Below are positions 1-13,100 of a DNA stretch of 64,000 nucleotides, piece after piece (within the stretch, counting starts at the first letter, position 1; each line of letters opens with the position of its first letter). Location: NCBI GenBank assembly GCA_964016885.1, contig OZ024740.1, positions 206,460,001-206,524,000 on the forward strand. Direction: 5' to 3'. The position numbers were made by a program, and so were the translations under genes. The notes beneath the pieces were generated by a model. It saw only the letters and a program-made list of their open reading frames with translations, ran no database searches and was not told the origin of the DNA. This DNA comes from Eledone cirrhosa. Taxonomy: Eukaryota.

Positions 1-1068
1 ACTCTGCTTGAATCTTTGGTTACAGATATGACAGGTATATGGGCTTTCTCCTGTATGGGTTCTGTAATGCACTTGTAAAGCTGATTTGCTGTTAAGAGTT
101 TTGCTGCACAAGTGGCATGTATGAGATGCTTGTGGTGTCCGGTGTAGAATTAAATTATTAGATCTATTTTGATCCATTGTAACAGAAGATATCATAGCAG
201 ATCCTCTTACATCAGAAACAGTCAAACTCTGAGATGCGTTAGGAATGCTGGAAGCATGATTTGGGGATGTGGTTGTGCTTGAGTCAAAGTTCATTCCAGA
301 TATATTAGGGTTCTGCTCTGTGTTACCATTTAAATGGATTAACTCATGTCTGTTTCTGTTGTTCTTCTGGTTAAAAGATTTATTACAAAAATTACATTTG
401 AATGGTGTTTCTCCTGTATGAATCCTCATATGGACATCTAAGTGGGCAGTCTGGCGAAAGTTCTTGCCACAAAACTCACAGGAGTAAGGAGATTCACCAG
501 TGTGGCTGCGGCTATGAATCAACAAAGCTGAGTTTGTTTTAAATGTTTTCTGACAGAATTCACAGGAAAAATTCTGTGACATTTTCACAGTATTTATATT
601 AGAATTATCTGTCAGTGATTGATAAGCTTTTTGAGGAAAATCTGTATTTAAAATGGCTTGTGAATTAGTATTTGTCATATTGGTGCACCTGTGTTGCATG
701 AGGCTGCTTCTTTGTGAAAAGCTGCCACTACAGAATTCACATATAAATACTCCATTTGTAGAATTGTGAACAGAAAACATGTGTTGTTCCAAAGAAGAAT
801 TACCATCAAATATTTTGCTACAGATTTCACATTTGTAAATATTCTGTGAATTCTGACGTGGTCTAAGGCTGTAACGTCCCTTTGTGTCAGATATCTGATT
901 GATATTAAACGAACCATTATTACATGGTAGTGGCAACTGGTTCTCTTTGGAACTGGAGAACATCATTTTATCAAAAGAAGATTGGTTAGGCTTATAACTA
1001 AACCCTGAGCTGTCAGTAACATGCATGGACACCTCAGTAATGGGGCCATGTATGTTACTGATAAACAT
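1..1068 (-). CDS. Multi-C2H2 zinc-finger protein, N-terminal part (continues beyond the left edge)
   Basis: Manual translation from ATG at 1068 (in-frame stop upstream at 1078-1080) gives MFISNIHGPITEVSMH...YKCEICSKIFDGNSSLEQHMFSVH...FICEFCSGSFSQRSSLMQHRC...FSCEFCQKTFKTNSALLIHSRSHTGESPYSCEFCGKNFRQTAHLDVHMRIHTGETPFKCNFCNKSFNQKNNRNRHELIH...HTCHLCSKTLNSKSALQVHYRTHTGESPYTCHICNQRFKQS. It has TGE(S/T)P linkers. It is absent from the ORF track because it has no stop inside the window. Confidence 0.92.
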   Translation of the reverse strand, partial: MFISNIHGPITEVSMHVTDSSGFSYKPNQSSFDKMMFSSSKENQLPLPCNNGSFNINQISDTKGRYSLRPRQNSQNIYKCEICSKIFDGNSSLEQHMFSVHNSTNGVFICEFCSGSFSQRSSLMQHRCTNMTNTNSQAILNTDFPQKAYQSLTDNSNINTVKMSQNFSCEFCQKTFKTNSALLIHSRSHTGESPYSCEFCGKNFRQTAHLDVHMRIHTGETPFKCNFCNKSFNQKNNRNRHELIHLNGNTEQNPNISGMNFDSSTTTSPNHASSIPNASQSLTVSDVRGSAMISSVTMDQNRSNNLILHRTPQASHTCHLCSKTLNSKSALQVHYRTHTGESPYTCHICNQRFKQS

Positions 1069-1135
1069 AACATCAGATCAGGATTAGTCCAACCTAATTA
1101 AGCTACATCAGGAATGGTCACAATTGCAGGAAAAT

Positions 1136-1160
1136 CTGTAAAACAAAAGAAAAAGATAAT
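1136..1160 (-). promoter_or_regulatory. Splice acceptor of the zinc-finger coding exon
   Basis: Minus strand reads attatctttttcttttgttttacAG|attttcc: a polypyrimidine tract plus AG, 67 nt upstream of the ATG. Confidence 0.7.
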
Positions 1161-1302
1161 CAATAAATTAGAAAGCAAAAATTCCATTTCAGTTACTTTC
1201 TTCTGCTTTGAAACATTTTAATAATAATGATGAGGAGGAGGAGGAGGAAGGAAAGCCTTAATACTTTTATCTGTATAATCAGACTAGATATAAGTATAGT
1301 GG

Positions 1303-1440
1303 AAGGATGTGGCCTATGGTTAATGTATTCAGTTCAAGGACATAAATATGTTGGTCCAATTCTTGGACTGGACAACCTCTTGTGACTTTGATCAAGACAA
1401 TTCATTTCATATTACTTCAGTCCACTCAGCTGAAATAGAT
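1303..1440 (+). mobile_element. Diverged tRNA-derived SINE (same family as 24343-24662)
   Basis: A-box-like gtggcctatggttaa followed by ...atcaagacaattcatttcatattacttcagtccactcagctg, matching the body of the SINE copies at 24.5 and 26.8 kb. Confidence 0.55.
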
Positions 1441-1689
1441 AAAAACTGAGTACCAACAGCAACTAGGGGTTAACTCAACAAAGGACTGATATTTTGTCCA
1501 GAGGAAGTCTTGTGCTTTCAGATGCTTAATGTAAATGAAAACAGGATACACAAGTACACACACACATATATATATGGGCTCCATAAGCCATAATGAAGGA
1601 AACCAATCTAGACACTCCATATAATAACTGATACAGGGTGGAGAGGACTCTGGAGCCCAGTTAGACAACCTCAGTAGTGCTGGTGGCAC

Positions 1690-1820
1690 GAATAATGCAC
1701 CCAATCCAAACTGTAAAGTGGTTGGGGATAGGAAGGGCAACTAGCCAGAAAAAGCCTGCCCAAAATATGAAAAGCAGTCCAACTCCTGCAAGAGTGGAAA
1801 AGAAGACATAAAAATGATAT
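1690..1820 (+). mobile_element. Diverged RTE-type 3' tail
   Basis: gcacccaatccaaactgtaaagtggttggggataggaagggcaactagcc...agtggaaaagaagacataaaatgat resembles the 3'UTR of the RTE at 16520-16700. Confidence 0.55.
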
Positions 1821-2147
1821 ATAACTGTATCAATAGCAACTTCCTTCAATTGACAAAAGGTGTATACATCCTGCTAAAAGGTGAGAGCCCTGAGAGATGT
1901 GAAGAAGAAACAAAGACTAACCAAACACACTAAGGTAACATTTACTACACACATCTGATATACAAGTACACTATATATACCAATCAGAACCATAAATGAG
2001 AGATCCTTTACACAGCCAATGAACCTATTAAAAATAGCAACCAAATCCTCTTCCGATCATTCCTTTTGCCTTAACCCTTTTGTGACTATATTTCTATAAT
2101 ATAATCAAGACTGGAGGGAATTAGAAAAATATATGTAGTGGTAGTAC

Positions 2148-2530
2148 AAGATTCATGACCACTGAAGATAGCAAATTTGGCTTTTACACCTTTTGATGAC
2201 CGAATGCTGAAGCTAATGCATTACTGTACCTGCTCCTTCAATTCTTACACTTAATTCAGCCTCTTGCCATCCATCATTTGTGAAAAAATGGCCTCAAGAT
2301 ACTTGAGCTTCTCCACCTGCTTCAGTAGAACTCCATTCACATGTAGAGTGCACTGCACAGGGTTCCTTAAGAGGACAAGTATCTCAGTTTCACAGCACTG
2401 ACTTTCATTCCAGCCATGCAGCTCTCAGCATTAAACCTATCAAGTGTATGTCGGAGATCGTCATCTGCAAATTCCACCCGACTGATCCTACATCTGCCAG
2501 TCATGATACCATTTCCAACCTGGCTGCGCA
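2148..2530 (-). mobile_element. RTE-clade (Rex3/Expander-like) RT fragment, decayed
   Basis: Reverse-complement match to 20995-21460, with EFADD and CTLHVNGVLLKQVEKLKYL motifs. Confidence 0.75.
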
Positions 2531-2769
2531 TTCAATCCTGTTCATACAGGAGAGGTATGCAGTTAGAATGTCTCCAAATAAACAGGACACCCAGGGGTAG
2601 ACCTTGAGCAAAATGGTTAGATAATATCCATGAGCTCAGCTGGTCTCTCTTGGAGAGCCAGCCAGGCAGGGATAAGTGGGTGAAGAAATATACACACACA
2701 TGTATAATATATATGTATACACAACATATATGCATATATATATATATATATAAATTGATGGTTGTTACG

Positions 2770-3287
2770 GAGTAGGTAGACCCAGAAAAACCTGGGACGA
2801 TCTGATAAATCCCGACTTTACACACTTGCACCTCTCTAAGACAATGTCACTGGACCGAGATCTTGCCTATGTACAAAGCGTAACCTCCAGTCAGTAGGCA
2901 CCTCTTAACCAAATATACACCCCAAACCACTACCCCTACCCTATCCTCCCACTCCCACCAACACCATCCTCTCTCTGTAAAGTTGGTACCACAACATCCA
3001 GTCCAAATAAATGAGATATCGAGATCGTATAGGTGTCACGACAAAGAAAAAAAAAAACACAGTCCACGCTGTAATGTGGCCGTGTAGGTAACACGGTAAA
3101 AAGTTCCCAGTCCACACTGTAAATGTGGTTGGTGGTAGGAAGGGCACCCAGCCGTAGAAAACCTGCCAGATAGTCTTATATGAGCGAGTCACGGTCACCC
3201 GACCTACCTTGCCTCAAGTGGGATAACTCCTGTCTAACCCATGCTAGCGTGGAAGATGGACGTTAAACGAAGATGATGATGATGATA
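2770..3287 (+). mobile_element. RTE LINE 3' end (5'-truncated)
   Basis: GVGRPRKTWDDLIN C-terminal coding sequence, 3'UTR like 16340-16700, and (GAT)n tail. Confidence 0.85.
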
Positions 3288-3586
3288 TATATATGTGTGT
3301 GTGTAAAAGGTAAACAGAAATAACAACACAATCGGTACAGTATATGGAAGGGATATATTAGGTTAACGCTTGAAATATCAGGAAGAGGGTCTTAACGTTT
3401 CTGACGCTAGTCCTCCATCAGAAGAAAGAATGAGAAATAAGATAGATTGAAGGGACGGGCGGGGTGAAAAATATATATATATATAATATAGAAATGGCTT
3501 CTACAGGACTAGAACTGTTTCATTCGAATAAATCACGAGTATCTTACTAACTGTGGTAACCACCGATTGAACCCGGGATACACACA

Positions 3587-3745
3587 CGGCGAATTGGCAG
3601 AGTCATTAAGACGTTGGATAGAATGCTTTACGGTATTCGTCCCACCTCATTGCGCGCTCTGAGTTCAAATCCCGCCGAGGTCAACTTTACCTTTCATCCT
3701 TACGAGGTCGATAAAAAAAGTACCAGTTCAGTACTGGGTTGATTC
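3587..3745 (+). mobile_element. tRNA-derived SINE with Nin-like central domain
   Basis: ggcgaattggcagag head, gagttcaaatcc B-box, and gccgaggtcaactttacctttcatccttacgaggtcgataaaa..gtaccag core. Same family as the 6.0-7.0 kb cluster. Confidence 0.75.
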
Positions 3746-3856
3746 TTTCTCTATAGAAAAATCGGAGGGTTGGGCTCCACCAGGTTTAAAAGTGTTCTAG
3801 ACACGCCGTATGACGGTGCCTCTACGATTAGACAAGGAGTTATGGGATCTTTATCC

Positions 3857-3860
<4 letters not shown>

Positions 3861-3903
<43 letters not shown>

Positions 3904-3913
3904 AGAGAGAGAG
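3861..3913. repeat. (TA)n(GA)n microsatellite
   Basis: Direct reading. Similar tracts occur at ~4070-4110, 27138-27207, 35690-35895 and 60433-60515. Confidence 0.9.
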
Positions 3914-4077
3914 AAATAATTGAATTGTGGATGTTTGTTTACAAATAAGCGGAAAATAAGTAAAATAGAGGGTGTATATTTTATTAGAAGGCGAAGAATC
4001 TTGAATATTTCACGTTTCTGATTGTTCAACCAATTGCGTGTGTATATATCTATCTATCTATCTCTTTACACACACAC

Positions 4078-4112
<35 letters not shown>

Positions 4113-6039
4113 AAGTGGGAGAGAGAGATGAGAAGATAGAAAATCTTATATAACACTTATATATATTACCTTTCACAATAAAGATTAAGAAATTGATTAT
4201 GGAAAGATAGAAATTGTAAGGGGAATTGAAAGAAAAAGGAAAAAATCTAATAACTTGTATCAGTCATTAAAACGAAAGCCTGAAATAATGTGAAGAACGA
4301 AGATGATTAAAAGTCTGTGTGTCTAGTCATGGAATTTTCACAACCAATTGTCTAATTCCGTCGTGACCTACTTTTAAAATAACTCTTCCACTTTAAAGGG
4401 AGCAGTAAACACTTTCGATGATTAATGGTCGATGGCAGAGAATAATGGGACCAATATTTAATTCAAGTTTAGGACAAACGTTCTTTTTGAGGAGAGAGAT
4501 AGAGAGAAAATAAGAGAGAGCAGTGCGACAAAGGGGGAGAAGTTAGAGGCTATTTAGAAATGTTTATTTAAATTGCAGTCAAAGAAAGACATAATTAGCG
4601 ATTAGCAAGCACAGATGTGTCAGTGTTTTGTTCCTTTATATATTGATGAGAGTTAGATAAAGAATACATTGGCGCGAAGTCTTTCACAGTTCTTGCTTTG
4701 TTAGATTCATTTCTTGTTTCAGCTTGAATATAACGAAAGGAAAGGTAACGAACATGAAACAAAATAGAATAATGAAACCCTTTTCTTTTTAGTGTCAGAT
4801 GAAGCACATACTTCACACTTCCTCATACACCCAACATAAATCATGTTTAAGAAAAACGTGAGAGGTATAAAAAATGTTGAATAGGAATTCCATAGAAACA
4901 ATTGGAGCAGATGTGTAACTTAATATTTAATGGTTTAAAGGATTTACGTTTTTTCCTAATGAAGATTCCTACGTAATTAGGTTTTTGGTGGTTCAATGCT
5001 TAAAACATATTTTAGTTTAACTAGCAATAATCTCCTATTTGTGTACAGGTGCTGCTCTGGCAGTCGATACTTGGTATAGTAAACATGGTATAAATGTGAA
5101 AAACGACATGGTTTGAGACGGCCGTTGTCATAATCCGGAAAATAAATGTATTGACAAGAGGGTAAGAAAAAGATAAAGAATGTCAACAATAGGAAAATGG
5201 GAGTAACAACAAATATCAGAATTCGTCTGCTCGGCAGAATTAAACATGATGTGGATACAAATAAACACATAGGTAGAGATAAAACAACAAGAGGAGAAAA
5301 AGAGAAATAGATTTGTAGGAGACATCTGTGTTGACTTTTTTACACATCACTTTAAATACATTAACATACATAATGCAACCTATCATTTACATCTATCAAT
5401 ATAATATTCCCTGAGTAGCAAGTTGATCATAAACAAATGACTTACCCGTATTAGAGAATCGAAAGACCGAACCATTTTTCTCTCCATGTAGTTCACAAAA
5501 ACATTGTCGGCCATGTTCAATCACAACTAAATAAAAAATTTCAAAAATAGGAATGGAAAAATTAACAAGGAACGACACGAAAAAATTCAATTGACGGATG
5601 TTTGAACGGGGAAAAAAGCGAAAAATAATAACAATGAAGAAAAAACAAATACTTAATTATTCTCTCAATATTTGAAAAAGAATTATATTTAATTAGAAAC
5701 AAAAAATTAATAAATAAATTATCAAAGAGAGGATAAAATACAGAACTCTTATGATTATGAATTTTTGGAAAAGAAATAGTGAACGAACATTGGTATTCCA
5801 TACATTGGTTCTGGTAGAAAGCTACAATCCCGGTGCTGTAAAGCATCAAGATACAAGACAGATATCCAGTTTATCGCTTTTGCACCAACTTGTCATTCGT
5901 TTTGTGACTTTCATTCATAGAACCGTATTGTTTAAACAAAGCGAAATAATAGAACCACTGATGTGCTACAAACTCAGGATTCTTCCCAACACTGTCTCTA
6001 ATTTTAATATAAAAACCTGAGGTTGTTCTTCTATTCTAA

Positions 6040-7010
6040 CTGTAATAATTGTTTCTACTTTTGGCACAAGGCCAGCAATTAATCAGTACATTACTGGCAC
6101 TTTATTTTATCGACCCCGTAAGGAGGAAAGGCAAAGTTAACCTCGGCGGGATTTGAACTCAGACTGTAAAGGACCGTAACTCTATGCTGCAAAGCATGGT
6201 GTCCGATCCTCTATCGATACGATACTGCCAATCCACCGCCCTAACTGTAATAATTGTTTGTACGTTAGGCACAAGGCCAGCAATACCCAGTGTATTACTG
6301 GTACTTTATTTTATCGACCCCGTAAGGATGAAAGGCAAAGTTAACCTCGGCGGGATTTGAACTCTGAATGGCAAGGACCGTAACTCTATGCGTCAAAGCA
6401 TGGCGTCCGACCCTCTACCAATACTGCCAATCCTGGTTTCTGATTTAGGCACAAGGCCAACAATTTTGGAGAAGGGGAAAGTCGATTAAATTGACTCAAT
6501 ACATTACTGGTACTTTATTTTATCGACCACGTAAGGATGAAAAGCAAAACTAACCTCGGCAGGATTTGAACTCAGATTGTAAGGGCCGTAACTCTAAGTC
6601 GCAAAGTATATTTTCCGACGTTCTACCGATACTGCTAATCCACCGCTAAATGATTTCTAATTTAGGCTCGAGGCTAAGAATTTATCGGGGTGGGAAAGTC
6701 GATTAAATCGTCTCAATATGTAACTGATACTTTATTTTTTATCGGCCCCGCAAAGTCTTCTTAGATAGTTCGGCGCATCGAGCAGTAAGTACTCGTCAAC
6801 GGTCACGATCAGCGGCAACTTTTTCGAGACTGTGCCGGGTGATGCTGGCTGCCATCAGGTCCTTCCGGAACGTTCGTCGCCAGGTGATCCTTGGACAACC
6901 TCGCCTCCGGAAAGAATGAAAGGCAAAATTGACCTCGGCGAGATTTGAACTCAGAACATACAGGACCATAACTAAATGTTGTACAGCATTTTGTTCGATC
7001 CACCAACTCT
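6040..7010 (-). mobile_element. Head-to-tail cluster of four Nin-like SINEs
   Basis: Repeated ~200-bp unit (ttggcacaaggcc...ctttattttatcgacccc...aaaggcaaagttaacctcggcgggatttgaactc...actgccaatccaccgcc) starting at ~6045, ~6250, ~6435 and ~6650. The last copy is split by an insert. Confidence 0.85.
6752..6910 (-). mobile_element. C-terminal ORF fragment of a different RTE-clade LINE, inside a SINE
   Basis: Translates as RRRGCPRITWRRTFRKDLMAASITRHSLEKVAADRDR*RVL, the typical RTE C-terminus pattern (RGRP..TW...DL...A.DR..W). Confidence 0.65.
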
Positions 7011-7058
7011 TCAATCGTAATAATGCAGTTATGTCTCTGCAGCCTTAAATAAAGGATA

Positions 7059-7108
7059 TTCTTCTTCTTCTTCTTCTTCTTCTTCTTCTTCTTCTTCTTC
7101 TTCTTCTT
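7059..7108. repeat. (CTT)n microsatellite
   Basis: Direct reading; it produces the poly-Lys in ORF 6809-7195. Confidence 0.95.
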
Positions 7109-7185
7109 CAATTGGTTTTGCCTGTAAAATCTGTCCAGCGATTCTTTCCTGGGACATTCTAACCATATATTTATATATATATATA

Positions 7186-10100
7186 TCATCATCATCCTTT
7201 AATGTCTATCTTCCACGCTAGCATGGGTATGATGGGCCTTGATTTGCTCACACAGAACTGATTTTAGCATGGTTTCTACGGCTGGATGCCCTTCCTAACG
7301 CTAACTACATTTACAGTGTGTGCTGGGTGCTTTTTGTTGTGATGCCCACACGCCCACTTTACAGTGTGTGCTGGGTGCATTTTGTTGTGATGCCCACACG
7401 CCCACTTTACAGTGTGTGCTGGGTGCATTTTGTTGTGGCACCTACACGCCCACTTTACAGTGTGTGCTGGGTGCATTTTGTTGTGATGCCCATACGCCCA
7501 CTTTACAGTGTGTGCTGGGTGCATTTTGTTGTGATGCCTACACGCCCACTTTACAGTGTGTGCTGGGTGCATTTTGTTGTGATGCCCATACGCCCACTTT
7601 ACAGTGTGTACTGGGTGCTTTTTGTTGTGATGCCCACACGCCCACTTTACAGTGTGTGCTGGGTGCTTTTTGTTGTGATGCCCACACGCCCACTTTACAG
7701 TGTGTGCTGGGTGCATTTTGTTGTGGCACCTACACGCCCACTTTACAGTGTGTGCTGGGTGCATTTTGTTGTGATGCCCATACGCCCACTTTACAGTGTG
7801 TGCTGGGTGCTTTTTGTTGTGATGCCTACACGCCCACTTTACAGTGTGTGCTGGGTGTATTTCGTTGTGATGCCCATACGCCCACTTTACAGTGTGTGCT
7901 GGGTGCATTTTGTCGTGACGCCCATACGCCCACTTTACAGTGTGTGCTGGGTGCTTTTTGTTGTGATGCCTACTCGCCCACTTTACAGTGTGTGCTAGGT
8001 GCATTTTGTCGTGACGCCCACACGCCCACTTTACAGTGTGTGCTGGGTGCTTTTTGTTGTGATGCCTACACGCCCACTTTACAGTGTGTGCTGGGTGCTT
8101 TTTGTCGTGACGCCCACACGCCCACTTTACAGTGTGTGCTGGGTGCATTTTGTTGTGATGCCCATACGCCCACTTTACAGTGTGTGCTGGGTGCTTTTTG
8201 TTGTGATGCCTACACGCCCACTTTACAGTGTGTGCTGGGTGCATTTTGTTGTGATGCCCATACGCCCACTTTACAGTGTGTGCTGGGTGCTTTTTGTTAT
8301 GATGCCTACACGCCCACTTTACAGTGTGTGCTGGGTGCATTTTGTTGTGATGCCCATACGCCCACTTTACAGTGTGTGCTGGGTGCTTTTTGTTGTGATG
8401 CCTACACGCCCACTTTACAGTGTGTGCTGGGTGCATTTTGTCGTGACGCCCACACGCCCACTTTACAGTGTGTGCTGGGTGCTTTTTGTTGTGATGCCTA
8501 CACGCCCACTTTACAGTGTGTGCTGGGTGCATTTTGTTGTGATGCCCATACGCCCACTTTACAGTGTGTGCTGGGTGCTTTTTGTTGTGATGCCTACACG
8601 CCCACTTTACAGTGTGTGCTGGGTGCATTTTGTGTTGATGCCCATACGCCCACTTTACAGTGTGTGCTGGGTGCTTTTTGTTGTGATGCCTACACGCCCA
8701 CTTTACAGTGTGTGCTGGGTGCATTTTGTCGTGACGCCCACACGCCCACTTTACAGTGTGTGCTGGGTGCTTTTTGTTGTGATGCCTACACGCCCACTTT
8801 ACAGTGTGTGCTGGGTGCTTTTTGTCGTGACGCCCACACGCCCACTTTACAGTGTGTGCTGGGTGCATTTTGTTGTGATGCCTACACGCCCACTTTACAG
8901 TGTGTGCTGGGTGCTTTTTGTTGTGATGCCTACACGCCCACTTTACAGTGTGTGCTGGGTGCTTTTTGTTGTGATGCCTACACGCCGACTTTACAGTGTG
9001 TGCTGGGTGCTTTTTGTTGTGATGCCTACACGCCCACTTTACAGTGTGTGCTGGGTGCATTTTGTTGTGATGCCCATACGCCCACTTTACAGTGTGTGCT
9101 GGGTGCTTATTGTTGTTATGCCTACACGCCCACTTTACAGTGTGTGCTGGGTGCATTTTGTCGTGACGCCGACACGCCCACTTTACAGTGTGTGCTGGGT
9201 GCTTTTTGTTGTGATGCCTACACGACCACTTTACAGTGTGTGCTGGGTGCTTTTTGTTGTGATGCCCACACGCCCACTTTACAGTGTGTGCTGGGTGCAT
9301 TTTGTTGTGACGCCCACACGCCCACTTTACAGTGTGTGCTGGGTGCTTTTTGTTGTGATGCCTACACGACCACTTTACAGTGTGTGCTGGGTGCTTTTTG
9401 TCGTGACGCCCACACGCCCACTTTACAGTGTGTGCTGGGTGCTTTTTGTCGTGACGCCCACACGCCCACTTTACAGTGTGTGCTGGGTGCTTTTTGTCGT
9501 GACGCCCACACGCCCACTTTACAGTGTGTGCTGGGTGCTTTTTGTTGTGATGCCTACACGCCCACTTTACAGTGTGTGCTGGGTGCTTTTTGTTGTGATG
9601 CCTACACGCCCACTTTACAGTGTGTGCTGGGTGCTTTTTGTTGTGATGCCTACACGCCCACTTTACAGTGTGTCCTGGGTGCTTTTTCTTGTGATGCCTA
9701 CACGCCCACTTTACAGTGTGTGCTGGGTGCTTTTGTTGTGATGCCCACACGCCCACTTTACAGTGTGTGCTGGGTGCTTTTTGTTGTGATGCCTACACGC
9801 CCACTTTACAGTGTGTGCTGGGTGCTTTTTGTTGTGATGCCTACACGCCCACTTTACAGTGTGTGCTGGGTGCTTTTTGTTGTGATGCCCACACGCCCAC
9901 TTTACAGTGTGTGCTGGGTGCTTTTTGTTGTGATGCCCACACGCCCACTTTACAGTGTGTGCTGGGTGCTTTTTGTTGTGATGCCTACACGCCCACTTTA
10001 CAGTGTGTGCTGGGTGCATTTTGTTGTGAAGCCCACACGCCCACTTTACAGTGTGTTCTGGGTGCATTTTGTCGTGACGCCCACACGCCCACTTTACAGT

Positions 10101-13100
10101 GTGTGCTGGGTGCATTTTGTTGTGATGCCCACACGCCCACTTTACAGTGAGTGCTGGGTGCTTTTTGTTGTGATGCATACACGCCCACTTTACAGTGTGT
10201 GCTGGGTGCATTTTGTTGTGATGCCTACACGCCCACTTTACAGTGTGTGCTGGGTGCATTTTGTTGTGATGCCTACACGCCCACTTTACAGTGTGTGCTG
10301 GGTGCATTTTGTTGTGATGCCTACACGCCCACTCTACAGTGTGTGCTGGGTGCTTTTTGTTGTGATGCCTACACGCCCACTTTACAGTGTGTGCTGGGTG
10401 CATTTTGTTGTGATGCCCACACGCCCACTTTACAGTGTGTGCTGGGTGCATTTTGTTGTGATGCCTACACGCCCACTTTACAGTGTGTGCTGGGTGCATT
10501 TTGTTGTGATGCCCACACGCCCACTTTACAGTGTGTGCTGGGTGCATTTTGTTGTGATGCCTACACGCCCACTTTACAGTGTGTGCTGGGTGCATTTTGT
10601 TGTGATGCCCACACGCCCACTTTACAGTGTGTGCTGGGTGCATTTTGTTGTGATGCCCACACGCCCACTTTACAGTGTGTGCTGGGTGCATTTTGTTGTG
10701 ATGCCTACACGCCCACTTTACAGTGTGTGCTGGGTGCATTTTGTTTTGATGCCCACACGCCCACTTTACAGTGTGTGCTGGGTGCATTTTGTTGTGATGC
10801 CTACACGCCCACTTTACAGTGTGTGCTGGGTGCTTTTTGTTGTGATGCTCACACGCCCACTTTACAGTGTGTGCTGGGTGCTTTTTGTTGTGATGCCTAC
10901 ACGCCCACTTTACAGTGTGTGCTGGGTACATTTTGTTGTGATGCCTACACGCCCACTTTACAGTGTGTGCTGGGTGCATTTTGTTGTGATGCCTACACGC
11001 CCACTTTACAGTGTGTGCTGGGTGCATTTTGTTGTGATGCCTACACGCCCACTTTACAGTGTGTGCTGGGTGCATTTTGTTGTGATGCCCACACGCCCAC
11101 TTTACAGTGTGTGCTGGGTGCTTTTTGTTGTGATGCATACACGCCCACTTTACAGTGTATGCTGGGTGCATTTTGTTGTGATGCCTACACGCCCACTTTA
11201 CAGTGTGTGCTGGGTGCATTTTGTTGTGATGCCTACACGCCCACTTTACAGTGTGTGCTGGGTGCATTTTGTTGTGATGCCTACACGCCCACTCTACAGT
11301 GTGTGCTGGGTGCTTTTTCTTGTGATGCCTACACGCCCACTTTACAGTGTGTGCTGGGTGCATTTTGTTGTGATGCCCACACGCCCACTTTACAGTGTGT
11401 GCTGGGTGCATTTTGTTGTGATGCCTACACGCCCACTTTATAGTGTGTGCTGGGTGCATTTTGTTGTGATGCCTACACGCCCACTTTACAGTGTGTGCTG
11501 GGTGCATTTTGTTGTGATGCCTACACGCCCACTTTACAGTGTGTGCTGGGTGCATTTTGTTGTGATGCCCACACGCCCACTTTACAGTGTGTGCTGGGCG
11601 CATTTTGTTGTGATGCCCACACGCCCACTTTACAGTGTGTGCTGGGTGCATTTTGTTGTGATGCCTACACGCCCACTTTACAGTGTGTGCTGGGTGCTTT
11701 TTGTTGTGATGCCCACACGCCCACTTTACAGTGTGTGCTGGGTGCTTTTTGTTGTGATGCCTACACGCCCACTTTACAGTGTGCGCTGGGTGCATTTTGT
11801 TGTGATGCCCACACGCCCACTTTACAGTGTGTGCTGGGTGCATTTTGTCGTGACGCCCACACGCCCACTTTACAGTGTGTGCTGGGTGCATTTTGTCGTG
11901 ACGCCCACACGCCCACTTTACAGTGTGTGCTGGGTGCATTTTGTTGTGATGCCCACACGCCCACTTTACAGTGTGTGCTGGGTGCTTTTTGTTGTGATGC
12001 ATACACGCCCATTTTACAGTGTGTGCTGGGTGCATTTTGTTGTGTTGCCCACACGACCACTTTACAGTGTGTGTTGGGTGCATTTTGTTGTGATGCCTAC
12101 ACGCCCACTTTACAGTGTGTGCTGGGTGCATTTTGTTGTGATGCCTACACGCCCACTTTAAAGTGTGTGCTGGGTGCATTTTGTTGTGATGCCTACACGC
12201 CCACTTTACAGTGTGTGCTGGGTGCATTTTGTTGTGATGCCCACACGCCCACTTTACAGTGTGTGCTGGGCGCATTTTGTTGTGATGCCCACACGCCCAC
12301 TTTACAGTGTGTGGTGGGTGCATTTTGTTGTGATGCCTACACGCCCACTTTACAGTGTGTGCTGGGTGCATTTTGTTGTGATGCCTACACGCCCACTTTA
12401 CAGTGTGTGCTGGGTGCATTTTGTTGTGATGCCCACACGCCCACTTTACAGTGTGTGCTGGGTGCATTTTGTTGTGATGCCCACACGCCCACTTTACAGT
12501 GTGTGCTGGGTGCATTTTGTTGTGATGCCCACACGCCCACTTTACAGTGTGTGCTGGGTGCATTTTGTTGTGATGCCCACACGCCCACTTTACAGTGTGT
12601 CCTGGGTGCATTTTGTTGTGATGCCTACACGACCACTTTATAGTGTGTGCTGGGTGCATTTTGTTGTGGCGCCTACACGACCACTTTACAGTGTGTGCTG
12701 GGTGCATTTTGTTGTGACACCTACACGACCACTTTACAGTGTGTGCTGGGTGCATTTTGTTGTGATGCCTACACGACCACTTTACAGTGTGTGCTGGGTG
12801 CATTTTGTTGTGATGCCCACACGCCCACTTTACAGTGTGTGCTGGGTGCATTTTGTTGTGATGCCCACACGCCCACTTTACAGTGTGTGCTGGGTGCATT
12901 TTGTTGTGATGCCTACACGACCACTTTATAGTGTGTGCTGGGTGCATTTTGTTGTGGCGCCTACACGACCACTTTACAGTGTGTGCTGGGTGCATTTTGT
13001 TGTGACACCTACACGACCACTTTACAGTGTGTGCTGGGTGCATTTTGTTGTGATGCCTACACGACCACTTTACAGTGTGTGCTGGGTGCATTTTGTTGTG

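Noticed and set aside
5280-6000. Possible decayed Penelope RT thumb/linker (FEKELYLI, GIPYIG, PCSSQKHCRPC)
   Set aside because: The motifs are short, out of expected order and broken by stops. This cannot be supported without a profile search.
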